Shown here: positions 1-13,480 of the stretch, piece by piece
Position numbering within the stretch: position 1 is the first letter of the stretch
Layout of the letters: each line of letters opens with the position of its first letter
Assembly: GCF_030684315.1 (NCBI RefSeq)
Contig: NC_081387.1
Span: 25,476,647 to 25,540,646 of the forward strand
Source: Stegostoma tigrinum
Lineage: Eukaryota
Direction of reading: 5' to 3'
DNA: 64,000 nt
Position numbers and translations under genes: made by a program
The notes under the pieces: model-generated
What the model was told of the DNA's origin: nothing
Database searches by the model: none
What the model saw: only the letters and a program-made list of their open reading frames with translations

Positions 1-430
1 GGCTGGCTTATTCCTATGAAGGCAGATTTAACTGACTGGGCCTGTATTCACGGGAGTTTAGAAGAATGAGAGGGGATCTCACGGTAACCTATAAATTTCT
101 GATGGGGCTGGACAGACTGGGTGCAGTGAGGATGTTTTCCCTGGCCATGGTCCAATACAAGGATACTGGGTAGACCATTTTAGACTGAGATGAGGAGAAA
201 TATCTTCAAACAGAGGGTGGCATTCCTATGGAATTCTCTGCCATTAAAAGGCTGGGGAGGCCAAGTCACTGAATACATTTCAGTAAGAAATAGATTTTTG
301 GAAGTTACAAGTGTCATGGGGCATGGGTAGAGAGTGGGAGTGTTGGACCGAGACACAGGGTCAACTGTATTGAATGTAGCAGAGCTAGCTCAGTGGTCTG
401 AATGGCCTACTCATGATCCTAGTTTCTAGG
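1..430 (+). mobile_element. CR1-clade LINE 3' fragment
   Basis: Degenerate CR1 ORF2 C-terminus (ggcctgtattca...gagtttagaagaatgagaggggatctc) and 3' tail (aatggcctactc); similar fragments recur across the window. Confidence 0.7.
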
Positions 431-1124
431 CTTCGGTTATTTCCTCTGGTTTTTCATAAATTTAGCAGTTACAAGACCTTAAATTTTGAATGTTGTAGTA
501 TCATTGTGTGTATTTCTGATGGATGCAGATTGTAACTTAGTAAATGAACTCTAGATCAACAGTGGGTGTGGTATAGCAATTTGTTCCTATCTCTTTCTAG
601 TAACAACAGAGGGCAGTGAAGAATGAATGGCGCCCTCTAACTGAGAAAATTCAATTATGACCTGAGAGAGGTCTTTATGAACGTGAACAAGTTCAGTATG
701 GTAAATGTAACAAAGGCATTCCCACTCTTATAGACACAAGATGAAAGTGATTCGGTCACTCATTTTTCCCATCAGGAATTCAGGAAGTACCCAGATGCCT
801 GAAAAATGGTGAGGGTGTGGCCGTCACACCCACAGGGAGTAGTAGAAATGATGTGTATTGATACAGTTATTTGGGAAGCAGGATAGAGTTATGCAGGTGA
901 AAGGAATAGAGCAATATGTGGGTCAGCTTTGCTGAAGTGTCAAGTGGAATTTGAGCCTAGCCCCACCTATGGCCTACATTCTGTGTGAAAACACTGGGAA
1001 ATCCTCAGGTACAGAGTGCTGAGTCTATCATGTAGAATTGGTTGGGATTAGGGAGGGGGGGGGGGCGCTTTTATTACCCTTCAGTTATTATTCCTGCTGG
1101 GTTCTTTTTTACATATTCTTTCAA

Positions 1125-1430
1125 GTGGGTATCACTAGGAAGGCCCAAACCCAAACCCTAATTGCCCTTGAACTGAGTGATTTGCTCAGGTCATCACTGA
1201 GAATCACCCACATGCTGAGGGCCTGGAGTTATCTGTAGGCCAGACTGGGGTAAGGATGGTAGATTTCCCTCAGGATGAGCAAACAGGATGGAGCAAACGG
1301 TCCAATGATCTTTACCACAGTCACCATTGCCGAGGTTGGCCAGATTTATGAATTGAATTCCAATCCCATCAGGAATGGGATTTGAATCGTTGCCCTGGAT
1401 CCTACGGATGATGAGGACAGCCACATTACC
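1125..1430 (-). mobile_element. tRNA-derived SINE copy (family unassigned)
   Basis: Shares the block tgtaggccagactggggtaaggatggtagattt with copies near 25860-25930, 33830-33870, 41430-41490 and, in the opposite orientation, 12470-12520 and 46320-46380. Confidence 0.5.
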
Positions 1431-1565
1431 AATGAGCTAGTGTCTTCGTGAATCTACATGAATTTTGAGAGAATAATACAGTGAGTGACCACTTGGAGCA
1501 GGGGGTGAAAGGGTACAGGATACGGATGACAGTTCCACTTGACCTTGCTCTGTTTGTCCCCTCAG

Positions 1566-1732
1566 ATGGCTTGATGGCTTTCAAAGGCTTCCTGCGTACA
1601 GAGTTCAGTGATGAGAACATTGAGTTCTGGCTGGCATGTGAGGATTATAAGAACACCAAATCCAACGCCAAACTCACATCCAAGGCCAAGAAAATCTTTG
1701 AGGAGTTTATTGATACCCATGCCCCCAGGGAG
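1566..1732 (+). CDS. RGS3-like regulator of G-protein signalling (R4 family), penultimate coding exon
   Basis: Acceptor ccctcAG/ at 1564-1565, donor /GTaaga at 1733; 167 nt encoding [28 protein letters not shown]...[17 protein letters not shown], the RGS box core. I could not identify upstream exons in the window. Confidence 0.93.
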
Positions 1733-1778
1733 GTAAGAACCCATTGGGACACACACAGAGACCAAAATGATCTGGATT

Positions 1779-1990
1779 CGACTTCACAAGCTTCAAAATC
1801 TCCCCTCCCCCCTACCGCATCGCAAAACCAGCCCAGCTCGTCTCCACCTCCCTAACCTGTCCTTCTCCCACCTCAAGCCCCATCCCCACCTCCTATCCTC
1901 ATCCCACCCCCTTGACCTGTCTGACCCTCTCTGGACTGACCTATCTCCTCCCCACCTCCCCACCTGCACTCACCTTTACTGGCTCCAGAA
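1779..1990 (+). mobile_element. Penelope-like element 3' fragment in the RGS intron
   Basis: gacttcacaagcttcaaaatctcccc...aaaaccagcccagctc matches the 3' end of the Penelope copy at 18760-19040. Confidence 0.75.
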
Positions 1991-2419
1991 GGTGTCCGAA
2001 GGTTCAGTGACAGAGGTAGGTTCTGTGGATTGTTGTGGAAGACAGTGAGGTAGCAAACAGCAGAGAGGGCCTGAGATGTACAGGCAGCTGGAGGTTGAGA
2101 AAGGGACTGATCCCAAAGGGCTGAAATACCTGCAGTGATGTTACAATTGTAAGGGTAGCTTACGGACATGGCCCATGTGAATCACATCCAGCAACACCTT
2201 AAAGACAGGCCTGCAACCAGGTCAGGGGGGTGGGGCGAATGGAGTAACCACTGGTAAATGCACCGTCATCGTCAACACTGCCTTATCTCCAGGGCTGCGA
2301 GTGCAGGTGCAAGGGCAGTGGGGAGGGTGTGGGGAGAGCGGTGGTGTGTGGGGCTGGATATCTGGGAAACAGAAATTTAGCAACCTGAAAATCTAACATC
2401 CTTTTCCATTTGTGTTCAT

Positions 2420-2860
2420 TCACCCCTTCTCCCTTTTCTCTCTCTCACCCCCAATTCTCCCATCATTTCCTCCCTCTCTTTCTCCCACTGTCTTTCCCTA
2501 CCTCGTTCCCTCTCCCTCTCTTCTTCTCTCTTCCTCACTCCACTCTGCCTCTCCATCCCTCTGCCTCTCCCTCCCTCCATTTCTTTCTATATCTCTCATT
2601 CGCCCTCCCTTGTCTCTCTTTCTCTCTTTCTTTCTCCCTCCCTCTGTCTTTCTCTCACGCTCTCCCACCCTGTCTCTTTTTCTACCACCCACCTCTTGCC
2701 ATCTCTCTTTCTCTCCCTACGTCCCTCCCCCCCCCCCACCCACTTCTCTCCCTCCTTCCCTGCCCCTTGCCCTCTGTTTTTCTCTATCTCTCTATCTCCC
2801 TCTGTCTCCCTTTGTCCCCCCATCTCCCTCCCTCTGTCCCTCTCACTCTACACCCCCTCC
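2420..2860 (+). repeat. CT-rich low-complexity tract before the last RGS exon
   Basis: About 440 nt of almost pure C/T ending at the acceptor tccAG (2864-2865). Confidence 0.85.
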
Positions 2861-2865
2861 TCCAG

Positions 2866-3051
2866 GTTAACCTAGACTCTCACACTAGGGAAGTGACCTC
2901 CACTAACGTGCTAAGCCCAACTCACTCGACCTTTGACCTGGCCCAGAAGCGGATCTTTGGCCTGATGGAGAAGGACTCCTACCCTCGCTTCCTGCGCTCG
3001 CAATTCTACCTGGACTTGTCGAACCCCAAGAAGCTGAACGGGGTGATGTAG
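2866..3051 (+). CDS. RGS3-like protein, last coding exon
   Basis: Phase-0 acceptor; VNLDSHTRE...[39 protein letters not shown], very close to the RGS3 C-terminus as I recall it ([23 protein letters not shown]). Ortholog versus ohnolog is unresolved. Confidence 0.93.
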   Translation, partial: VNLDSHTREVTSTNVLSPTHSTFDLAQKRIFGLMEKDSYPRFLRSQFYLDLSNPKKLNGVM

Positions 3052-4966
3052 GGAGGATTCAGGGTGTGGTGCCAGTGGAAACGGGGGAGATCCTGACTCT
3101 CCGTCATCCACACCCACTTTCCTCCTCGCCACCCCCACCTCACCCCAGGGCTTGCATGCTGCCCCTAGCCCCCAACAACCACAGCGGCTCCACCGCACCC
3201 ATACGAGACAGAGCCACATCACATTGTCTTTGACACGTTGCCAGAGATGTGAGGAGGACAGTGAATGGCCACCTTCCTGGCTGGATGGAATGACGCTCAG
3301 TGATTGGCTGGTTTAAGACAGAACTGCAGTCAAGTCACACCCTCCCACCATTACCGCGGTGACCCTGTGGTGCCATGCATGCCTATTTATTTTCAGACTG
3401 TATTCAAGATGGCCAACAGTGAAGGCGATCCAGACAGGAGTATACTCCTCGGCTGTGATAAATGTCCATTTATTTATTGTTTCCTGTGCCACCCTCTGGG
3501 CAGAGATCATACTGAGAAAGGGTCGGCACATTTACAGACTCAGTGGTGTCAATGTTACCTCCCAGCCTGATGTGGACAGAGGCTGCAGACTCACGGAGTA
3601 TGGCTTTAACTTTCCCTGTGTTGTTGTCGCATTTTATTTATTGTATTCCAAACGGCCTGCATGTACCCACCTCCAATTTGCACACACACACAGGCCCTTC
3701 AGCCCTCCACACCTTTGCCCTATCTAACATTTCTGCACGTGTGCCGGCTGCAAGGGCGGGCGAGAAGGCCAGTGGAATGCAGGAAAACCTACCGCCCATT
3801 TGCTGTGTCCATCCTGTAACAGGTCCTTCAACTGTGGAACCAGAATAATTATCCCTGCAGAACAGGATTGGGGTGGCAGGATTGGGGAGTGGGGCTTGGT
3901 GCTGGGGCTGGGTGTGGGGGCTTGTTGTCACCACCTCGGCTGAGATGAAGCAATGTCATGGGCACCTGGGAAAGACAGCTGGCATCTTCCCAGTTTCTTC
4001 CGGGGTGGGGCACAGAGCCGTCCTGACATTGCTTCCAGCTATTGGTACAACCCAGCAGCTAGAGAGCTACCCACTGCTCAGTGTGAAGAAGGCTTCACCT
4101 TCAGTGCTATTGAGGGCGTGGAACACAGGCAGGAACAGCAACACTCAACAGCCTCCCAGTTTGCACGGATCCTGCTCTCTGGCTCCGTGATGAAGGAATG
4201 GTTGGTTGACTTTCGGCCAGGTGGTTATATCTTGGACTAAGTCGACAGGTTTCCCTGGTATCAGTCAAGAAGGTATCTATTGCCAGTGGAGCTGCAGGAA
4301 TATATTCCCAGGTGGAATGGCTCCTTCCCATATTTTTCCTTTTTTGGAAAGACTGATTCAAAACCCAATTCTAGATTCGGTTTCACCATCCTGGCTTCAT
4401 CTCTGGGAGATAATAGACACAGGAGGAGGCTTCAGTTGAAGGGAAAAGCTCCACTGGAATTCCCAATCTTGCAGTCACTGGGATTTAGAATCTCAGCCAC
4501 ATTCCCAATCCCACAGTCACTGAAATTCTGAATCTCATTCACATTCTCAATCCATTCACATTCTCAATCTGAGTCACATTCCCAACTCTTTCATGTTCTC
4601 AGTTTTATTCATATTGCCAATTCCAATATACTGGTAATCCCAATAAAATTTCCCATCCCATTGACATTCCCAATCTGATTCCCAATTTCAGCCCTATTTA
4701 TAATCTCAGCCCCAGAAACAATCTTACTCCCATTTACAGATTTAATTTAATATCCACCCTTCAACCTGTTCATAATACCAGACCAATTGATGGCCATATT
4801 CATGGCTCTTTGTTTTTTATTTATGGTACATTGGCATTGCTGGCTGGGCCAACATTTATTTCCCCTGTCCCATTCCAGCCTGAAATAGAAGATCTGATCT
4901 CCCCCCGCCCAACCCCTCCACCACCACCAAAGGTGTGGATGGCAGCTGGAGGGTGCATGGTTCATG

Positions 4967-7900
4967 TTAGAACAGAAGAACATAAGAGCTAGGAGCAGGA
5001 GTAGGCCATCTGGCCCCTCGAGCCTGCCTCACCATTTAATAAGGTCATGGCTGGTCTTTTTGAGACTCAGCTCCACTCACCTACCCACTCAACCTTAATT
5101 CCTTTACTGTTCAAAAACTTATCTAGCCTTGTCTTAAACACATTCAGCGAGGTATCTCAACCGCTTCACTGGCAAGGAATTCCACAGATTTACAATTCTT
5201 TGGGTGAAGAAGTACCTCCTGACCTCAACCCTATATCAGCTTCCCTTTATTTTGAGGGGATGCCCTCTAGTCCTACTTTCACCAGCTAGCAGAAACAACC
5301 TCCCTGTCTTATCTATTCCCTTTATATCTTATATGTTTCTATAAGATCTCCCCTCATTCTTCTGAATTCCAATGAGTATAATCCCAGTCTACTCGACTCT
5401 CCTCATAATCCAACCCTCTCAACTCTGAAATCAACTGAATGAATCTCCTCTGCAGCCCCTCCAGTGCTAGTACGTCTCTGCTCAAGTAAGGAGACCAAAA
5501 CTGCACACAGTACTCCAGGTGTGGCCTCACCAGGACCCTATACAGCTGCAGCATAGCCTCCCTGTTTTTAAACTCCATTCCTCCAGCAATGGCAGACAAA
5601 ATTCCATTTGCCTTTTTAATTGCCTGCTGCACCTGCAATCCTAATTTTAGCGATTCATGCACAAAGACACCCAAGTCCCTCTGCACAGCAGCATGCTGCA
5701 AATTTTGACCATTTAAAACATAGTCCATTTTGTTGTTTTTCCCACCAGAATGGATGACCTCACACTTATCAACATTGTACTCCATTTGCCAGAACTTTGC
5801 CCACTCACTTAGATTATTTATACCCCTCTGCAGACTTTCAGTGTCTTCTGCATACTTTGCTCTACCACCCACCTTAGTGTCATCAGCAAATTTTGACAGA
5901 CCACTCTTCGTACCCAATTCCAAATCATCTATATAAATTGTAAACAATTACAGTCCCAACAATGACCCCTGAGGCACACGACTAGCCACTGACCGCCAAC
6001 CAGAAAAATACCCATTTACCCCAACTCTTTGCTTTCTACTAATCAACCAATCCTCTATATCCATGCCAATACATTACCTGTAATACTGTGCACCTTTATC
6101 TTATGCAGCAGCCTTTAGTGTGGCACCTTGTCCAATGTCATCTGGAAATCCACATAAACCACTTCAACAGGTTCTCCATTGTCCGCCATGCAAGTAATGT
6201 CCTCAAAGAATTCCACCAAATTGGTTAACCATGACCTCCCCTTCATGAACCCATGCCGGGTGTTCCCAATGGAACAATTTATGTCCAGATGTCTTGCTAT
6301 TTCTTCCTTAATGATAGATTTACACATTTTCCTCACTACCGAAGTTAAGCTAACTGGCCTATTGCCACCTGCTTTTTGTCTACCTCCTTTTTAAAAAAGT
6401 AGCGTCACATTAGCTGTTTTCCAATCTGCAGGAACTACCCTAGAGTCTAGTCAATTTTGGTAAATAATTACTGATGCAGTTGCTATTTCTCCCATCACCT
6501 CTTTTATTCCTGGGGTGCATTTCATCAGGGCCAGGAGACTTGTCTACCTTTAGCCCCATTAACTTGCCCAGCATTGCCTCCTTAGAGATAATGATAGTTT
6601 CTAGGTCCTCACCTGCTATAACCTTCTTGCCATTAGTTTTCAGCATGTTATTTGTGTCTTCCACTGTGAAGACGGACACACAATAACAGTTTAATGTCTC
6701 AGCTATTTCCTCATTCCCAGTTGTTAAATTGGCCTTCTCATCCTCTAAAGGACCAATGTTTACCTTCGCTACTATTTTAAGATTTACATATTTATAGAAA
6801 CTTTTGCTGCTGGATTTTATATTCTGAGCTGGTTTACTCTCATAATCTTTCTTATTTTTCTTTGTAACTTTTTTCTTTGTGGCTTTCTGTTGATCTTTAA
6901 AGATTTCCCAGTCTACTAGTTTCACACTACTCTTTGCTTTTTTTGTAAGTGTTTTTTTTCAATCTGATACTTTCCTTTATTTACTTAGACATCCATGGCT
7001 GGTTGTCTGTTTTTCTACTGTTCTTCCTTGTCACTGGAATATACTTCTGCTGAGCAATGTGAAAAATCGTTTTGAAAGTCCTCAACTGACCCACCATAAA
7101 GTTTTTGCTGCCATTCTACCTTAGCTAACTCCTCTCCCATTCCTTCATAGTCTCCTTTGTTTAAGCACAGCATAGGTATTGGATTTAACCTTCTCATGCT
7201 CCATCTGTATTTTAAATTCGATCATACTGTGATCGCTCCTTCCGATAAGATCCCTAACTGTGAGATCATTAATTATTCCTGTCTCATTACACAGGACTAG
7301 ATCTATGATAGCTTGCTCCCTCGTAGGTTCCATTACATGTTGTTCAAGGAAATTATCGCAGTTGCATTCTATGAACCCTCCCCAAGGCTGCCATGACTGA
7401 CCTGGTTTGACCAATTGATATGTAGATTAAAATCCTCGATGATAATTGCTGTACCAATTTTTACATGCATTAGCTATTTCTATGTTTATCGCCTGTCCCA
7501 CCTCGGTGTCATTATTTGGTGGCCTATAGACCACATCTATCAGTGACTTCTTCTCCCTGCTATTCCTAATTTCCACCCAAATGGATTCAATGTTTTGTTC
7601 AGTAGAACCTGTACCATCTCTCACTGCCACCCTGATATCATCCTTAAAAATCAGAGCAACACCACCTCCCTTACCTTCCTGTCTGTCCTTCTGAATACCC
7701 TGGATATTTAACTCCCAGTCATGGCCATCCTGTAACCATGATTATGTAATGGCCACTAAGTCAGACCCATTTGCCATTATTTGCACCGTCAACTCATCCA
7801 CCTTGTTTCGAATACTCTGAGCATTCAGATAAAGTGTCCTTATGCCACTTTTTGCACCTTCTTTTTGGGTCCTATTACTTTCATTACTAATGGTTCTTGA

Positions 7901-8200
7901 CTGCTCCTTCACTTTAACATTTTTCCTAATTTTCAATGGAGTCGAAGCTTCCTCGTCACCTGCTAACCTGCTGCTTTGCCTTCCATTAATTGTTATTCTC
8001 CCTCTATGCTCACTTTTCCCTTTCCCCTACTTACTCATTTAAAGTCCTATTAACCGCTCTATTTATCCTTTTCGCCAGAATACTCTACCCATCCCTGTTC
8101 AGGTGGAGTCCATCCCAGTGGTATAGATCCCTCCTGTCCCAGAACTGATACCAGATCCCCATGAAAAGGAAGCCCTCTTTCTCACATCACTCTTTTAGCC
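4967..8200 (-). mobile_element. Degenerate CR1-clade LINE ORF2 (APE endonuclease + reverse transcriptase), frameshifted
   Basis: Collinear ORF pieces: 7742-7936 (LYLNAQSIRNKVDEL...DLVAIT, APE N-terminus), 7427-7630 (VYRPP), 7145-7414 (DLVLCN...SDH), 6440-6925 (KSPGPD), 6115-6336 (HGFMKGRS...VYVDF), 5354-5947 (YIDDL...KFADDTK); CR1-type tail at 4967-5030. Confidence 0.9.
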
Positions 8201-8932
8201 GCAATGTTCCTACCTGCTGCTGGTTTATTTGGGGGATACAAGGGCAGGAACAGGAGCTACCCCATTGTCTCAGGGCCAGTGTCATTCGGACCCTGAGGTG
8301 ATTGCAATAAACATCACTGCAACAATGGTTAGTACAGGAACTTCCCACCTTGGATCTCCTGTTCCCCTGACTGGCATAGCCCCACAATACCGATTTTGCA
8401 GCCCCCTCAACCCCTCACATCAACTCACTGACCCCGCAGCTGAGCTCAGTGACAGTTCGACCTGGATATGAAATTCCACTCCCCCATAATAGCCAGGTCT
8501 CAACAGGCTTTGGACAGAAAGTCCATGTTGGAACCATTTTTAACTGCTTCTCAGAGGCTTCAGACAAGCTGCCATGGAACACACTTCGACGCAGATTTAA
8601 TTCTGAATGGCAAAATGTACTAAAATTGCCTTTGAGGTGAGGCTTGTTGGAGGCACAATCCCCACTGGCAAGGAGAATTAAGATGACCCAAGGTGAGATT
8701 TTCGTAAAGTGTCTGCACTGATGTCTTTGTCCATGAGAAACATAAAATAAAAACATGTTCATTCTAAGTAACAACCGAGCTACAGCATCAGTGTATTCCC
8801 GGCTGGCGAATTGGCAAACCCAGGAAGGGTTGTTATTCACCCTCAGGATTGTGGGCATCATGGATAAGCCCCAGTTCCTATTGCTCTCAGTTGGCAAGCT
8901 CCCGCCCCCCGACCCAAGCTCAGTTAGGTCTA

Positions 8933-9502
8933 CCCCAGTCTTAGCTACAATGAGACTGTGTTGGTAAGCTCTCCCCCTGTCTCAGCTACAATGGGACTGC
9001 GTTGGTAAGCGCTCTCCCAGCCTCAGCTACAATGGGACTGCGTTGGTAAGCGCTCTCCCAGCCTCAGCTACAATGGGACTGCATTGGTAAGCTCTCTCCC
9101 AGCCTCAGCTACAATGGGCCTGCGTTGGTAAGCTCTCTCCCTGTCTCAGCTTCAATGGAACTACATTGGTAAGCTCTCTCCCAGCCTCAGCTACAATGGG
9201 ACTGCATTGGTAAGCTCTCTCCCAGCCTCAGCTACAATGGGACTGCATTGGTAAGCTCTCTCCCAGCCTCAGCTACAATGGGCCTGCGTTGGTAAGCTCT
9301 CTCCCAGCCTCAGCTACAATGGGACTGCATTGGTAAGCTCTCTCCCAGCCTCAGCTACAATGGGCCTGCGTTGGTAAGCTCTCTCCCAGCCTCAGCTACA
9401 ATGGGCCTGCGTTGGTAAGCTCTCTCCCTGTCTCAGCTTCAATGGAACTACATTGGTAAGCACTCCCCCCCGATTCAGCTACAATGAGACTGCATTGGTA
9501 AG
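8933..9502. repeat. 41-bp minisatellite, about 14 copies
   Basis: Unit cccagcctcagctacaatgggactgc(g/a)ttggtaagctctct; ggtaag recurs at 9004 and 9045 (period 41). Confidence 0.92.
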
Positions 9503-12023
9503 TTTTCCTGAGGTGGTGTTGACCCAGGGGGCTAGGAGCTGAGACTTTGTTCCTGAGCACGGTGTTTGGGTGAGTTTGCGACATTGCCAGAACACAACGG
9601 AGATCAGCCAGCCCCTGCCTTCCCACTTTACGAGCAACCTGGTTGGGACACAGAAATATTTGGGTTAAAATTTGCCTTGGGTTTTTTGCACTATGCTGGC
9701 CAGTTATAACCACCCTCCCACGCCGTGATCTTTAATTCTCTCAAAGTTGGTTCAATTGAATATCAAGTGGGAAACAAATTGGCATTTGGCCTGTTTCCAT
9801 GTTGCAGCCCAGAGGGTATCATTGCTGCATCATGTTGCAATGTGGCTACACATCAGGAAAGTAAAGCAGGGAATGGGCTGGAACAGCATGTCCCAACAGT
9901 TTCGCATCATCTCACTGACTGTGACAGTTCAGTGAGAGCAGCTCCCACCCTGACAGCCAAACCGAGGACCCAGAGTCTTCTGGACGGCCTGTGTGTGCCT
10001 CTGTGTGTGGCAGTGGTCGTGTATCTATGTGGTGTCTGTACGTGTGTGTCTGTGCATGAGGGTGTGTGCTTGTGGAAGTGCCAGGCAACAATGGGATGTT
10101 CACACATACACAGAGGAAGGGCATTGACAGGTCTGAGCCTATGGGGCCGCCTCTTGCCAGGTGAGAAATTCTCAATCAATTGACACCTATGGGTGCCACA
10201 CCTGGGGAAAGAACAGGGACACACAGATGGTGGGGAACTACAGCTAAAATTGAATCCTCTACTTTGAGTAATAGTTTGCTCTCCTCTCATAAACATCTTA
10301 CCCACTTCCAGAGACTCATCCAACATTCCCATGGAAATAGTGTCAATGAATCAGCTCCTTCTCCATGGGCTTCAACCGATCCCATGAGGACTGTCACCTC
10401 GGTAATACTGTCACTCCTTCACATGGTTATAAATCCAGTTTGTGGCAAGGAGTATTTCATCTTGTTCATTTTTTATTCATTTATGAAACCTGGGTGTCAC
10501 TGACTGTGCCCAGCATTTATTACCCACCCCAGTTGCCCCTTGAGAAGGTGGTGTTGAACTGCTGCAGTCTATGTGTTGTAGGCATGTTTACAATGTCATC
10601 AGGGAAAGACTGTGCCAGAGAGTGATGGAGCAGAGATAGATTTCCAAGACAGGATGGATGGGAACATATAAGCAAATAAAAAGCATTAAAAAAGGAGAGT
10701 TATAACTCTGCCACTCAATCTCATTATTAACTGATTCAACTTTGACCTTAACTTTGTTGCCTCTTCATTTTAATCCCTGTCACCCCTACAATTCAGGCTC
10801 TGTCTCTCAGCCTTAAACATATTCAATGGCATGTCTCCACTGCTTCAGCACAAAGGACAGTCCCCCGCACCCCTGTATTATATGGGAAATCTTTTGTTTT
10901 TAAACTGTCCTGATCCTAGTTTTTCTCAACAAGTGTTCATGTTCCAGGTTTATGTTCACTAATACCTTGTACAGTTACAGTCAGATGTCCCAATTTCCTC
11001 AGTATTTTCCTGAATTGACCTGTTCAGGACTGTTATGACACATTGCTAGATCAGCTGGGACCTAAAACACCCCAGATCCCCTGGGCTCAAACATAGGGGT
11101 ACTACATCTGCACCATGAGAACCCTTGTTCCAGTTTCGATGCTGCATTCTCCTGCAGAAAGGATTTGACCTTTCACTTGCCTGCCTGATCACTGATGTAT
11201 ATTAACATGGGCATTTTGTGATTCATTTCTTCTGACTCTCAGATCCCACTGTACCACAGTCTCCCTCTCTCTCCATTGTTCTTTTCTCTTTTTCAGTCCA
11301 ATGATGGCTGACACATTTCCCATTGTACATTATGGCTGCCAATCTTCCACCCTTCCACTGAACATTTCTGAAATAACTCCACTGAGGCCAATATCCCATT
11401 AGCAAGTCACCCTTATTTACACATAACTACTTGTTTAACACTGCCTCTTCAAAGCCAGCTCTCAAAGTGCCAGAATCTCTGACACTCCTGTTTGTAACTG
11501 TCAGTCAGGGCTCCTTGATTGTACCAGATGAAGAACCCCAGTCAGGGAGCTCATATTGTATGAGGTCCAATCACTACACTTTTCACATCCCTTTGTAGAT
11601 CCTAAGTACTCTGGCTAACTTCCATGTGGCACCCCACCTGTTCCAATTTATTAACCAGAAAAGGGAAGGGCCTCGACCTGAAATGTCAGCTTTCCTGCTC
11701 CTCTGATGCTGCTTGGCCTGCTGTGTTCATCCATCTCTACACCGTATTTTCTCAGATTCGCCAGCATCAGCAGTTTCTACTATCTCTGTAACCTTTTTAA
11801 TCCTGACTCTGTTTCCTGTTAAGTTGCCATTTCTGTATCTGTGTTGATACATTATCCCGAACACTATGTCTTTTTTTTTAACAATATGGCATCTAATCTA
11901 ATTCTTTTGGGAAATCCAAATACATTCCTTCTACTGGCTGCCTTTATTTGATGTTGCTCATTATATCAGGGGAGGTGGTGGCGTAGTATTGTCACTGCAC
12001 TCATAATCCAGAGAACCAACGAA

Positions 12024-12336
12024 ATCATAGAATTCCCTATAATGTGGAAATAGGCCCTTTGGCCCAACAAGTCCATACTGACCCTCAGAGCATCCCACCC
12101 AGACCCATCCATCTAATCTACAAATTCCTGAACACTATGGGAAATTTAGCATGGTCAATCCATCTAACCTGCACATCTTTGGGCTGTGGGAGCTAACCAG
12201 GGCACCCGGAGGAAACCCATGCAGACATGGGGAGAATATGCAAACTCCACACAGAGAGTTGCTTAAAGGTGGAATCAAACCTAGGAGCCTAGCGCTGTGA
12301 GGCAACAGTGCTGACCACTGAGCAACTGTGCCCCCC
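12024..12336 (-). mobile_element. HE1-like tRNA-derived SINE
   Basis: The reverse complement starts ggcacagttgctcagtggtcagcactgttgcctcacagcgc (A/B-box head) and has the same body as 26269-26583. Confidence 0.8.
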
Positions 12337-12949
12337 AAGATGTTTGAGGGTTGTGAGTTCAAACCCTACCAAAGCAGATGGCAAAGTGGGAATTCAATAC
12401 AGAACAATATCCGACTGCTGTCTTTTGTCATGAAATCCCATCTGGTTCACTTATGCCCTTTAGGGGAGGAAATCTGTCCTTCCCTGTCTGGCTGACATGT
12501 GACTCCAGACCCACAGCAATGTAGTTGTTTCTGAACTTCCCTCTCCAGAATGAGTTCTGTCCAGAATGAATGAGAAAAGGCATGCTCAGTGATGGTGGCA
12601 GGCCCATGTACCTGCTGCCCTTGCCCTGAAGTGGTTTAAAAGGTATTGCTGCAGTGCATTGTATATATGTTGCTGTTACTTGTGCCAGCAGTGTAGGAAG
12701 GAGTGAATTTGAAGCTGGTGGCACGTGCCACCCATGAAACAGGCAGCTTGACTCTGGATGGTGTTGAGCTTGTTGGTATTGGTTGGAGCTGCATTCATCT
12801 AGACAAGTGGAATGCACATGTACAGTTAGTGAAAGGATATTGAACTGGAAGGGCATCACAGTCGTCATTGCGAGAATGTGAAGGTTTAAAGTTATCATGA
12901 GAATCTGGTCAATTTCCAAACATGGTAATAACTTTTGGAATACTGACTT

Positions 12950-13480
12950 CAATTCCGATCTCCCTGCTATAGGAAAAATGTTGTAAAATGTGAAAGGGTT
13001 CAGAAAAGATTTACAAGGATGTTACGAGGGTTGGAAGATTTGAACTATAGAGGCTGAATAGGCTGAGGCTATTTTCCCTGGAGCATCGGAAGCTGAGGGG
13101 TTCCCTTCTTGAAGTTTATAAAATAATGAGGGGCATGGATAAGGTGAATAGTCAAAGTCTTTTCCCTAGGGTAGGTGGGTCCAAAACTAGAAGATATAGG
13201 TTTAAGGCGAGAAGGGAAAGATTTAAAAGAGACCTAAGGAGAAACTTTTTCACGCAGTGAATGACACGTGTATGGAACAAGCTGCCAGAGGAAGTTGTGG
13301 AGGATGGCACAATTACAACATTTAAAAGACATCTGGATGGGTACATGAATAGGTAGGGTTTAGAGGGTTATGGGCCAAATGCTGGCAAATGAGACCAGAT
13401 TAACTTAAGATATCTGGAAGGTACAGAACCGTTGGACTGAAGGATATGTTTTCATACTGTACATCTCTAACACTCTATAA
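12950..13480 (+). mobile_element. CR1-clade LINE 3' fragment
   Basis: gggttcagaaaagatttacaaggatgtt... through to the 3' tail; closely related copy at 23390-23890. Confidence 0.75.

Noticed and set aside
2410-2865. Long Ser/Leu/Pro-rich ORFs upstream of the last RGS exon
   Set aside because: Artefacts of the CT-rich intron tract; the true exon starts at 2866.
8933-9502. Regular repeat as a CRISPR array
   Set aside because: Contiguous tandem units with no unique spacers, no cas genes and a vertebrate context.
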